Below are positions 8,222 through 17,080 of a DNA stretch of 26,243 nt, one piece after another; position 1 is the first letter of the stretch, and each line of letters begins with the position of its first letter. The notes under the pieces are model-generated. The model saw only the letters and a program-made list of their open reading frames with translations, searched no databases and had not been told where the DNA came from. The position numbers were made by a program, and so were the translations under genes. The DNA is from Candidatus Hodarchaeota archaeon (GTDB taxonomy: Archaea > Asgardarchaeota > Heimdallarchaeia > Hodarchaeales > Hodarchaeaceae), in assembly GCA_029856365.1 (NCBI GenBank), contig JAHQWW010000045.1, positions 1 to 26,243 on the forward strand, read 5' to 3'.

Positions 8222-8402
8222 GTGCGTTATGGAGTACGCTGTATTTCTCTGAGTATGCTATTATCGGAACATAGAAATAGATTATTTAAGACAATATATT
8301 AATTCTTTATTCAAATAAGATTTTTGGAGTTTAAACCTCTATTTTGTTGGTAAAATGCTTCTTTATGGAACCAGTGACATCACAGAATGAGGTTGATGAA
8401 TA

Positions 8403-8849
8403 ATGTCTGCTGTGACCATCGCAAAAATGATTCAGCTTCATGAGCCCTTTGATCTTCTAGGGAAATATTCTGTAGCACTCCCCACTAAGGATAACGTTTA
8501 TGATGGGGTAAAGTATGCTTTGATGATCCTTAATCCCTCAACAAAAACCATTCGAATCATTCCTGCCCGAAGTCCTGAAGTTCTTAAGACTACTATAGTA
8601 ATTGGTGTATTATCTCCTGATTTTTTACAAGAGTTTGGTTTTATTTTAATAAGCAATAAAACAAAGACCCTTTATAGCACAGGGTTGTGTTTCACGCAAG
8701 ATCGTTGCACCTATGAAGTTTACATAGATCGCTCTGACTTAAGAATCTCTCAAGAGCAGTTATCAAATAAACTAACGAAAATTGAAGGCGTAAGTAAAGT
8801 TTGTATTGAATCTCTTGTGACTGAAGTGAAACCATCTCCTTTGAGTTAG
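8403..8849 (+). CDS. Hypothetical protein with ACT-like C-terminal domain
   Basis: Clean 148-aa ORF preceded by gaggttga; LYSTGLC...YEVYID...LTKIEGVSKV has an ACT-like beta/alpha pattern. Confidence 0.7.
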   Translation: MSAVTIAKMIQLHEPFDLLGKYSVALPTKDNVYDGVKYALMILNPSTKTIRIIPARSPEVLKTTIVIGVLSPDFLQEFGFILISNKTKTLYSTGLCFTQDRCTYEVYIDRSDLRISQEQLSNKLTKIEGVSKVCIESLVTEVKPSPLS

Positions 8850-9130
8850 GAAGAAGTTATTACTTCTTTCAAGACGAAATTTCTAAATAAACGCAACCAT
8901 TGGATTAGACGGTTGTGTATGAGCTTTCTTCTCTTCATTCCTTATGTTATTGAAAGAAAAAAGCTTTTTTTACGATAACCTATTAAATTAGTAGATTTTC
9001 ATGAAAAAAATATAATTTCTAAGAAAATTAACAGAAAATTATGTGTTGGATAGAGGAACATACTCTCAGTACGAGAGGAACGGAGTGTCGGCGGCTCTTA
9101 TCTACGGGTTATCTGGAAGAGTACCCCGTA

Positions 9131-9183
9131 TGGCTACCACTAATCGCACCAGGGCTAATTTTCTATAAAATTATGGAAATTAG
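9131..9183 (+). repeat. Dispersed repeat, copy 7 (middle segment only)
   Basis: tggctaccactaatcgcaccagggctaattttctataaaattatggaaattag. Confidence 0.85.
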
Positions 9184-9678
9184 AAAGAATATTTCTCATC
9201 TGAATAATGTTTGGATACGCGAATATCTCTAGTTCTATTAAGGATGGAAAATAGGGCATAACTAGTAATAAGTATCAAGAATTTCAATTGGATGTTTTTT
9301 CCACAACCGAGGCAATGTATGAGATCAAATCCTTTACTTCCTCCAATGCTCTTGATATCATCACTCATGGCCTTGAGTGGTTGAAACAGGGCTATTATCC
9401 AAGATTTAATCCTGCGTGGCCCAAAGCTATCTATAAATGGGGGCCTCTCCAAGTAGGATTCTAAAAATTGTTATATTTTTTCTTAACTGGCTTCTAATCT
9501 TCTTATTTCGTGTTTAACCGAGGTTCTTAGTCTTTGGGTGTTTATATGGATATCATGAAATAGACTTTGAATGACATTCAGTAAATTTCAATTCTTATTA
9601 AACTCAATTAATATCCTATTGAGAAAATTTAGGGTGTTCATAAAGGAGGTACTAAATAGAGGGACGGTGAAAAGCGAA

Positions 9679-9714
9679 ATGCCTCCTCAAAGTGGCTCTC
9701 CTCCTTGCCAATAA
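9679..9714 (+). CDS. Candidate small peptide MPPQSGSPPCQ (frame is open back to ATG 9571, giving 47 aa)
   Basis: GC-rich 36-nt ORF in AT-rich spacer; GGTGA SD-like site 8 nt upstream; U-rich tract at 9725-9750; counterpart at 21613. Confidence 0.5.
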   Translation: MPPQSGSPPCQ

Positions 9715-9752
9715 TTTAAAATATAAATTCTCCCCTTTTTCTTTTTTTCTTA

Positions 9753-11306
9753 TCAGAACAGATTGGGCTGTATCCACATGAGATTATTTTGATCAAACCA
9801 TTCGAATTCCATTCCATGAGGAGGATGTGTTGGTAAAATTGGATATAGTTTCCATTTAAGCTCATCTTTAATCCATTGGATTAACTGTGAATTCAACCTT
9901 GTCCATATTTGGATAGATGAATCAGTAATATAGTATTCACAATATGGTATTGTATTTAGGAATGTTTTTAACTGAAGTTTTGGAATTCGGGGAAGTTTAA
10001 TCCAGTAAGAATCTAATGAAAATTCATAGATAAGTCGATATGGCACAAATCCAATGTGAACTACTTGATTGTAATGTAACTGTCTAAGTAGACCGATTTC
10101 AGAACGGGAAAGTGTGAATGTGTTTTGTGTACAAGCTGTTTGAATAGGTAACGATGAAATTGAGAATTCTTTAGAAAATTTACAATATAGTCTGATGATT
10201 TGAGTGGGTAGGGGGTGTTCCTTAAAATCCCAGTTAGGATTATAGGATGGTGTTGTAAATGACAATGAATATGGTTGAAACTTCTTTCGTGGATGTTTCA
10301 CCTTTATTTGACTTGTTAATCGAGTCATTTCCTTTTGACTTAATTGCGACCACCCAGTGCCTACTATATAGTTTTCAAAAGAGACATTTCGATGAATAGT
10401 GTATATCTTTGTTAAATCTATAACGTTTATATCTCCTTCTGTTTCACGATGGTATAGATATGCTTTTAATTGGTTAATTGTATTTGTAGGGACAACTAAT
10501 GTCCCAATATAGGCATTTGGATGATCTCTAACATAGTAAACTGCGCTTAGACCTAAGACAGTGTAATCTCGATTATGAAAATCTATTATATCTTTTAATG
10601 AGTTTCCTACATTTAGTTCAAAATGAAAAAACAAACGATCCAATCCAAAGGCGGGACTATGAAAACGTAAAAACCATCGACCATCAATGAGGCGAAAAAA
10701 TCGGGAAAGCTCAGTTGTTGGTTTCACATTATGGGGAAAAGGTACTTGGCTGATAATGGCTGTTCTTATCTTTCGTTGATTTAGTGCATCTATACCTCCT
10801 TCTTTGATGAATGAGTAAAGAGTTATCAAGATCTGAAATTGGTGTTCTGAAAGGGGATAGAGGAGTTTATTGCTTTCATACTGCAATTGCTCCCATGCAA
10901 GATTCGATAATGGAATATTTTCTCGTATAAGTCCATAAACTCCAGGAGTACTAGAGCTCCCTCGAAGATGTTTTGCAATGTATTCATAAAATCGATTTGC
11001 GTGAAATTTTGAGACGTTTAACAACAGATAAGCATTTGAAAAATAGTTGTAAGTAAACCATAGGAAAGCCGTCTGGAGGTATTGATCAGTTCCCAAAATT
11101 CTATTATTGTACTCTTCAAAGCGCTTTGAGAGCTTATTTCTTTGGTAGTCAGCCTCTTCGTAATATTGAAGGACTGAGAGGAATTCCGTTAGTAAAAGTT
11201 GATCAGATGGTGGATACTCCGCAATATGATCTGGAAGCTGTTCCATAATAGTTTTGATAAAACGCTTAAAACTCTCTCGACCTGGCCGAACCACCTCACT
11301 GCTCAC
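9753..11306 (-). CDS. Uncharacterised ~515-aa protein, probable tandem wHTH/Lrp-AsnC-like regulator (paralogue 1)
   Basis: Shares YPPSDQ, EFLSVLQ, AWEQLQY, PAFGL..LFFHF.L, DIIDFH, EFSLD.YWI.LP with 21768..23306; two LS..(E/Q)..(I/L)L..L HTH-start-like segments. Confidence 0.75.
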   Translation of the reverse strand: MSSEVVRPGRESFKRFIKTIMEQLPDHIAEYPPSDQLLLTEFLSVLQYYEEADYQRNKLSKRFEEYNNRILGTDQYLQTAFLWFTYNYFSNAYLLLNVSKFHANRFYEYIAKHLRGSSSTPGVYGLIRENIPLSNLAWEQLQYESNKLLYPLSEHQFQILITLYSFIKEGGIDALNQRKIRTAIISQVPFPHNVKPTTELSRFFRLIDGRWFLRFHSPAFGLDRLFFHFELNVGNSLKDIIDFHNRDYTVLGLSAVYYVRDHPNAYIGTLVVPTNTINQLKAYLYHRETEGDINVIDLTKIYTIHRNVSFENYIVGTGWSQLSQKEMTRLTSQIKVKHPRKKFQPYSLSFTTPSYNPNWDFKEHPLPTQIIRLYCKFSKEFSISSLPIQTACTQNTFTLSRSEIGLLRQLHYNQVVHIGFVPYRLIYEFSLDSYWIKLPRIPKLQLKTFLNTIPYCEYYITDSSIQIWTRLNSQLIQWIKDELKWKLYPILPTHPPHGMEFEWFDQNNLMWIQPNLF

Positions 11307-11630
11307 CTCTAAAAAGGAGAGAACTTGAAAATTTAATCTTCTATTTCATTTCCAACAGACAAAAAATAATCTCATAAGACTTAAAAGAGTTTGTAAGCTT
11401 ATATAGCTCTTATAAAGTATTTTTTTTAAATAACCTAATAAGGTATAATCCATATGATTACTCCAGATGAATCTTTTATATTAGAAAAATTCATTATAAA
11501 GATAGGCTTCCCCATTTAAACTAAGAGCGAGATGGACTCACTTTTTCTGGCATGATAGGCCACGATGACTATTGTAGGTTTATGTTTGCAAGTAAACAGG
11601 TTTCTTTTCATGTGAAACCACTCAACATTA

Positions 11631-12116
11631 GTGATCAAAATGGTAGAAGACGATTTAACCTGCTCCGACCCGATAAGAGAAGAAAGAGACCAGAAACTGA
11701 CTAAACAGAAAAAATGGCCCATACTTGCTTGTATTTTTATATTGATAGTAGCCTCTCTTTTCATAATTTATCGAATAATCCCACAGGAAACAGTTGTTTT
11801 TGAAAAAGATATTTCTATCAATCTTAAAACATTTTCCTATTTAGAATATTCATCTAATTTTATTTCATTCAAGGCGGGGCAGAAATTTACAATAAAAATA
11901 ACAAAATATTCCTCTAATGAAGAGACAACAGTGAAAATTATTCTCTATAAGAACCTTGAGAATATTTGGACTAGTTCTTTTAGTGGAAACACAGAACTAA
12001 GTGGAGATCTAAAAGAAGATAGTGAGTACTACAAATTTTCCTTTAGTGTATATCAAAATTTTAATTTACCTGGTCCTGAAGTCAGTTTTCATGTTCAAAT
12101 TCTTAGGTATGATTGA
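11631..12116 (+). CDS. Membrane-anchored hypothetical protein
   Basis: One N-terminal TM helix (WPILACIFILIVASLFIIY) followed by a beta-rich domain. Confidence 0.7.
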   Translation: MIKMVEDDLTCSDPIREERDQKLTKQKKWPILACIFILIVASLFIIYRIIPQETVVFEKDISINLKTFSYLEYSSNFISFKAGQKFTIKITKYSSNEETTVKIILYKNLENIWTSSFSGNTELSGDLKEDSEYYKFSFSVYQNFNLPGPEVSFHVQILRYD

Positions 12117-12152
12117 TCAATTGACGAGTTTTGTACCCTAGGCTAACTGTTA

Positions 12153-12209
12153 AATCCATGTTAATGAACACTCTTTCTTTATATATCATTAACATGGATT
12201 CATGTTAAT
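12153..12209 (+). promoter_or_regulatory. Inverted repeats and TATA/operator-like unit
   Basis: Perfect 15-bp IR 12153-12167/12186-12200; ctttatatat-c-ATTAAC-N10-GTTAAT at 12177-12209. Confidence 0.55.
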
Positions 12210-12219
12210 AATATGTGGA

Positions 12220-13509
12220 TTATTTCGTTGTTTCATGTCTTTTTTTTGCAGCATCTCCTCGCGCCGTGAGAGAATAATAAGCTCGTTTCCCACTTCCTAC
12301 TCTGGTGACCCAGTTTTTGTTCATCATTCCTTTGAGAACACGAGTTATTGAAGGTGGTTTTTTATCTAATCTTTCAGCAGCGTCTGTTGGAGTTGTTCTT
12401 CCTTTGCTAAGGAGTGTCAATACTTGATATTCTAGTAATGTTGGGTGTTGAATTTCTGTTTCTTCTTCATAAACGTGCTCAGGTTTTACTGTTTTGGAAT
12501 TTAGTTCAATTGCTCTTTGGATAGCTTCATATGTTCTTTCTAGCATGAGATACGTGTTTGGAACAGACACATTAAGGATGGTCTTAATTGTTTCGGGGGG
12601 AAGTATTTCTTGAGTTGTTTTGATGACATTTTTTTCGTTCTCTTGGATTTGTGAGATACCTAAGAAGGCTCTTGAATGAATAATTTTTTCTGCATCCTTT
12701 TGTGTTGTTACTCCTGGATATTTTTCTATAGTTGATAGTCTACGTACTGAAGAAGCTACAGTTTCCTTAATTGATTCGCCAAATGTGTATGTGAGAGAAA
12801 GGATTCCCCGTTTACCTTGAAACCATGATTGATTTCCGTCGAAGAAATCTGATAGCACAGTATCAGAGTTTACTTTGTCTAACTCATCGATGACAAAGAT
12901 TAGAGAAGTTTCAGTTTCCTCTAAGCGATTAATGAGAATGTCTGCCACGTTTCTGGTGTCAATTGTTGTTGAGGTTAGAATTGTTTCAATATCTGTTTGT
13001 TTTAATCGAGTTACGAGCCATTTTATTCCCTTTTCAGCGATGTCTGAGGCATAAGCCAGTGGTGGAAAAACAAGGCTAGAGGCTTCTGTGATCTTCCGTC
13101 CGATCCATGGGGCGTATTTTTGTGTCCCTTTCTTGAGTTTACTCTCTTTTTTCTTGAATTCAGCGACTTCCAAAATTCCAGAGATAACTGATCTATAAAA
13201 AGCATCCTCTAGTTCCTTAATATTTGACGCTGCCTTAGCTCCCTTTACCGTTATTGTTACAGGTATAATCTTTCTATCTTTTGAAGTTGATAACGCACGC
13301 AATAATACACCTTGCATTGCTGTAGTTTTTCCTACACCTCTTACACCGTATATAGAGATTTTACGATCCTGGTTTACTATTTTGGATGCATTTTGGGTAG
13401 CAAAGTCTCCTATATCGTGGTATAGCAAGTCAAATAACTCAGCTTCATAGGATAGTAGTTCTCTTGTCATATACTGTTGAGCAGCTCTGAGAGTTCTACT
13501 GTTTACCAT
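12220..13509 (-). CDS. P-loop ATPase with C-terminal winged-helix (MarR-like) domain
   Basis: Walker A GVRGVGKT, Walker B IFVIDELDK; C-terminal TPTDAAERLDKKPPSITRVLKGM...YYSLTARG. Confidence 0.85.
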   Translation of the reverse strand: MVNSRTLRAAQQYMTRELLSYEAELFDLLYHDIGDFATQNASKIVNQDRKISIYGVRGVGKTTAMQGVLLRALSTSKDRKIIPVTITVKGAKAASNIKELEDAFYRSVISGILEVAEFKKKESKLKKGTQKYAPWIGRKITEASSLVFPPLAYASDIAEKGIKWLVTRLKQTDIETILTSTTIDTRNVADILINRLEETETSLIFVIDELDKVNSDTVLSDFFDGNQSWFQGKRGILSLTYTFGESIKETVASSVRRLSTIEKYPGVTTQKDAEKIIHSRAFLGISQIQENEKNVIKTTQEILPPETIKTILNVSVPNTYLMLERTYEAIQRAIELNSKTVKPEHVYEEETEIQHPTLLEYQVLTLLSKGRTTPTDAAERLDKKPPSITRVLKGMMNKNWVTRVGSGKRAYYSLTARGDAAKKRHETTK

Positions 13510-13510
13510 G

Positions 13511-13543
13511 ATTAACCTTGTTTTTGGTTAATAATATATAAAG
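13511..13543 (-). promoter_or_regulatory. TATA box plus palindromic operator of the ATPase-wHTH gene
   Basis: Minus strand ctttatatat-t-ATTAAC-N10-GTTAAT-c-ATG, leaderless spacing. Confidence 0.6.
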
Positions 13544-13630
13544 ATTAAGTCATATTTAACACAGTATAAATCTTCTATTAAATATAAAAAATGAAATTTC
13601 AGCAAAAATATGAGGTATTGAGTTCTAGGA

Positions 13631-13839
13631 TACTCTTTATTCTTATCTATCTTTAAGAATTGATCCTGTTGATAGAACAGCCGTGTTCGAATAGATATTT
13701 TGGCCGACAGCTTTAGTCATTAATCGAACAAGGCTTTTTTTTAAAAAAAAACTCGAAACTGAGATTTTTCAGAAAATCTTTTGTCAGTGGGCTTTAGGAG
13801 TCAGCAGCTTCAATGAGAAGGTATAGGTTTGATATCTGT
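13631..13839 (+). repeat. Dispersed repeat, copy 8 (longest, diverged)
   Basis: Contains the left arm shared with 6868, agtcattaatcgaacaagg, and gtcagtgggctttaggagtcagcagcttca-N15-tttgatatctgt. Confidence 0.85.
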
Positions 13840-13898
13840 TTAATTTATTGGTCACCTTTTCTGTTACTTTTGTAGCTTCCAAACAAATAACTTTCGTG

Positions 13899-14273
13899 TT
13901 ACAAGACAGCTTTGGCCTTTTTTAGGTCATCTACTCCAATAACTATTCTATTATTTTCAGCTAGGTAAATTAAATTAATATTTATATCTTCAAGGGCTAA
14001 TTTTCGGAACAACCTTCCACCTGAACCAGGTTTTTTCACTATTTCTTTGATTTCAATAACAAGTACTTCTCGTTCTTCTTTAATCTTAAACCCAGCTCGT
14101 TTAAGTACATTGTAGGCTTTTCCAGAATCTTCTACCAAAATGTGTATTAAGTCTTCTCCTTCACATGCAGCTCCGCAAAGGCCTTCTATATTAATATTAG
14201 CCTTCCCTAGAGTTTCTCCTAAATCAGCAAGAGTACCAGGTCTGTCTTCTAATATAATAGTAATATCCTTCAT
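13899..14273 (-). CDS. ACT domain-containing protein (tandem ACT)
   Basis: LEDRPGTLADLGETLGKANINI and KKPGSGGRLFRKLALEDININLIY. Confidence 0.9.
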   Translation of the reverse strand: MKDITIILEDRPGTLADLGETLGKANINIEGLCGAACEGEDLIHILVEDSGKAYNVLKRAGFKIKEEREVLVIEIKEIVKKPGSGGRLFRKLALEDININLIYLAENNRIVIGVDDLKKAKAVL

Positions 14274-14421
14274 TTCAACAACCTCGTATAACTTAACAAA
14301 GATTATTCGTAGTATATTCTTCTTGGAATATAAGGTTATCAGAGTTTTAGTTTTTAATAAGTATGTTCCATTATATCTAACGCTTCGATTTTCCGACTAA
14401 ATCGTGATTCACGATCTCCTG

Positions 14422-14499
14422 TTAATCAGCACCAAGGCTAAATTTCTAAAAAAACTGTGGAAATTTAGCGGAACTATCGTCAGTTGGCTTAAGGAGTCA
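14422..14499 (+). repeat. Dispersed repeat, copy 9
   Basis: ttaatcagcaccaaggctaaatttctaaaaaaactgtggaaatttagcggaactatcgtcagttggcttaaggagtca. Confidence 0.85.
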
Positions 14500-14549
14500 A
14501 CATATATAATATGAATAAATGCTTGATTCTCCCAAGACCAATAGCTTCC

Positions 14550-15140
14550 TCAAGTTTTTTTTGTTAATGGTTCGGGAATTACATTATTTGGGATGTACCC
14601 GAGGGTGGCGTGATACACAGCACACGTCGCCACGACAATGGAAGTGTTCACCATTGAGGTCTCATAGTACCACAGATTCTGTGTGATATCTTTAAATAAA
14701 TAATCTTTAATGGTGTGATACACCTCTTCTCGCATCTTCATCGGGATAAGATCCGTCTTATGTTGTAGAATGAACGTAGTCGCCATCGGACTATATTTTG
14801 TGATATTCTCCAAGCATAAGTTCAGGTACATTCTGTTTTGGGACATATCTTTGATCTCAACAGAATCTATTACATAAACCAATGTATCCATATCACCAAA
14901 GATCACTTTTGATATGTCATTTTTAGAACCTACAAATCGATCTAGAAATGCTGTTGTCCCTCCTAAATCCCAAAATTCTATTTTTATATTATTAATAACC
15001 TGTGTATGTCTTTCATACTCTATTGTTGCATGAAAATCTATATCTGTCATATCTGTTATTTCTTTAAATAACCATTTGCGGATCATGGTCTTTCCTGATC
15101 GTGTTAATCCAAACAATACAATTTTGTTGGTTTGTGTCAA
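14550..15140 (-). CDS. Ras-superfamily small GTPase (Arf/Rag-like)
   Basis: G1 GLTRSGKT, G2 AT, G3 WDLGG, G4 HKTD, G5 ETS; TTG start. Confidence 0.88.
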   Translation of the reverse strand: MTQTNKIVLFGLTRSGKTMIRKWLFKEITDMTDIDFHATIEYERHTQVINNIKIEFWDLGGTTAFLDRFVGSKNDISKVIFGDMDTLVYVIDSVEIKDMSQNRMYLNLCLENITKYSPMATTFILQHKTDLIPMKMREEVYHTIKDYLFKDITQNLWYYETSMVNTSIVVATCAVYHATLGYIPNNVIPEPLTKKT

Positions 15141-15141
15141 T

Positions 15142-15567
15142 TTAAATCCCTTGTCTGCATATCATTTTATCTTGTACTTGCTTGGTTAATATGTCATCAG
15201 AAGTCTCTTGAGGACATAAGGATTGCATGTTGCAAATTATTTCTGTATGAACTGTTTTTAAATATTCTAGTAATTTTACTTTAAGTATCTCTAGAACTTC
15301 TTTGTTCTGTCGAATACCTTTTATGTGAAAAACTTCGATTTCAAAAATATCCTTTTATGGATTTAAAATCATTGTTGCAATGATTTGATTTTCTTCATTT
15401 TCTACTATATAACAATCTTGAGGGCCAATCTTTGAATGATCTGAGGTATGTTCTTTAGCTTCCTTACATCCCCGTTCTGGATCCTCATTCCGATCCAAAA
15501 AGACCATCCACGCTACTTTTTCCACGTCTTGAATTTTCATGTTCCTAATCTTAATCATAAACTCCAT
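15142..15567 (-). pseudogene. GNAT-like gene interrupted by an in-frame TAA
   Basis: IKIRNMKIQDVEKV...CYIVENEENQIIATMIL is a GNAT N-terminus; after TAA at 15355-15357 the same frame stays open for 70 codons (KDIFEIEVFHIKG...) to TAA at 15142-15144. Confidence 0.55.
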
Positions 15568-15920
15568 TATTCGTGTTTTTATTTTTCAATCAGTTTGGCC
15601 TGACAGGTGTATGATGATTACACTGCCCATTGATTATTTAATATAATTCTTCACCATATACTTGGTATGGGATGCTTCTCCAGGCTGGAAATAGCTTCCA
15701 TGTTCATATATGAAGATGTCTCTCTAGGTGTTCTATTTTCAGCCATAATTTCTGTTATACAAGAGAGAGTACTTAATAAATAATTTTATTGGAGTTTGAT
15801 GTTATTGCAACCTTTGGAACTCATCATAAACGTGTTTTCGATGTCTAATATATTATTTTAGAGAGCGATATAGAGTCTGTTCTTTGATATTCACCTCACA
15901 TTTGGAAATAAGTGTGATGG

Positions 15921-16385
15921 TCATACTATATCCTTCCGTGTACCTTTTCCTCGCCTTCGTTTGGATATTCCGACCCAGTTCCGCAGTTGACTGAAATGAC
16001 CTACAGCATGGAATAGATTCTGCTGAATAGCTCCTGCGATTGTTGTTTTTTCTCCCCATTGGAATGTCATTTCATTACTCAGCTCTTCATCACTGAATTT
16101 TTCAAAAGCATTAATCATACGATTTACAGCACAAGTCAAATCTTTTGAGGGGTTACTTAAAGATTTATATTTTCTGAACTCATCCTTAAACCATCGGCCT
16201 GCATCTTCATAAATTGCTTGAACTGTGTGATGGAATGTTTCCTTTACTGAATATTCATGAGGAAAGGTTCTAAACTCCCAAGCATCTTCTTCTTCAATAA
16301 TCTCGATTGTTTTTAGTCCCTGTCGAAGAAAATATTCCCAAAATTGACTATAAACACTGATTTGAGTTCTACTCATTACTACCAC
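15921..16385 (-). CDS. DinB/YfiT family protein
   Basis: WEFRTFPHEYSVKETFHH and NLFHAVGHFSQL (H-x3-H..Q) metal-site motifs. Confidence 0.85.
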   Translation of the reverse strand: MVVMSRTQISVYSQFWEYFLRQGLKTIEIIEEEDAWEFRTFPHEYSVKETFHHTVQAIYEDAGRWFKDEFRKYKSLSNPSKDLTCAVNRMINAFEKFSDEELSNEMTFQWGEKTTIAGAIQQNLFHAVGHFSQLRNWVGISKRRRGKGTRKDIV

Positions 16386-17080
16386 ATAATTTTTTCAGTG
16401 TCATGAAAAGCGCTTTAAAGTCCATTTAATGAAATAATGATAGACTGATTGGTCTTATTTATTATATTCTTTTCCAAAGTAGTTTCATAAATGTAAGGAT
16501 TATTTAATCCTTAGGATTATGATTGGACATGTCTATATTTATCTAGTTGAAATAATAATGCTTTTATAAGTTATTTCCTTTTGAATAATATCATATAGAC
16601 ATGCTTAAATAAATTTTACATCTAAATTGACTTTTTTATACATAATCTGATAAAATTTGAACCCTATTTCAGTTTAGACTTGCCTATATTATGTTTGAAA
16701 TAATAATATTCAATTCGGAGGCTGGATCTTTTTTTCAACTTAGCAAATCATAATGAATTTATAACACTCATCCTCAGTATCAATATTTATTCCCCAATCG
16801 TGAGTTTCAAACCTTGGAGTGAGGATCGTTTCTGGTAGTCCTAGTACAGAGGGGATCTCGATGAAAATCTGGTTTTCAATCATTATTAAAGGAGTCTAAA
16901 AATGTTATATTTCAGCAAGTCTTTTTTTGATTTTTAAATCACATCTAGGGAGAGGAGGTAATGATTTATCAGAGAAAAAGTGAGATTGTAAAGTTTAACA
17001 TATTTGTAAAATGATGTTTGAATGATTAAGAAGAAGAGGATAAATAAATAGTTAAGATTCCTTGGGCTTGGTGAGAATTT

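Noticed and set aside
9041-9452. ORFs 9041..9232 and 9180..9452
   Set aside because: No motifs; one runs through repeat copy 7; possible decayed fragments only.
12134-12150. taccctaggctaactgt resembling the repeat middle segment (cacaagggctaactgt)
   Set aside because: Too short to distinguish from chance.
195-14499. Dispersed repeat as a CRISPR or TIGR-type array
   Set aside because: Copies are hundreds to thousands of nt apart with whole genes between them, have no regular period, and no cas or Nop-domain gene is present.
195-14499. Dispersed repeat as canonical integron attC sites
   Set aside because: No RYYYAAC/GTTRRRY ends or long imperfect palindrome, and no IntI in the window; kept only as an analogy.
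16400-16930. AT-rich gap with short minus-strand coding-like fragments (MIENQIFIEIPSVLG...)
   Set aside because: Multiple stops and no assignable family.
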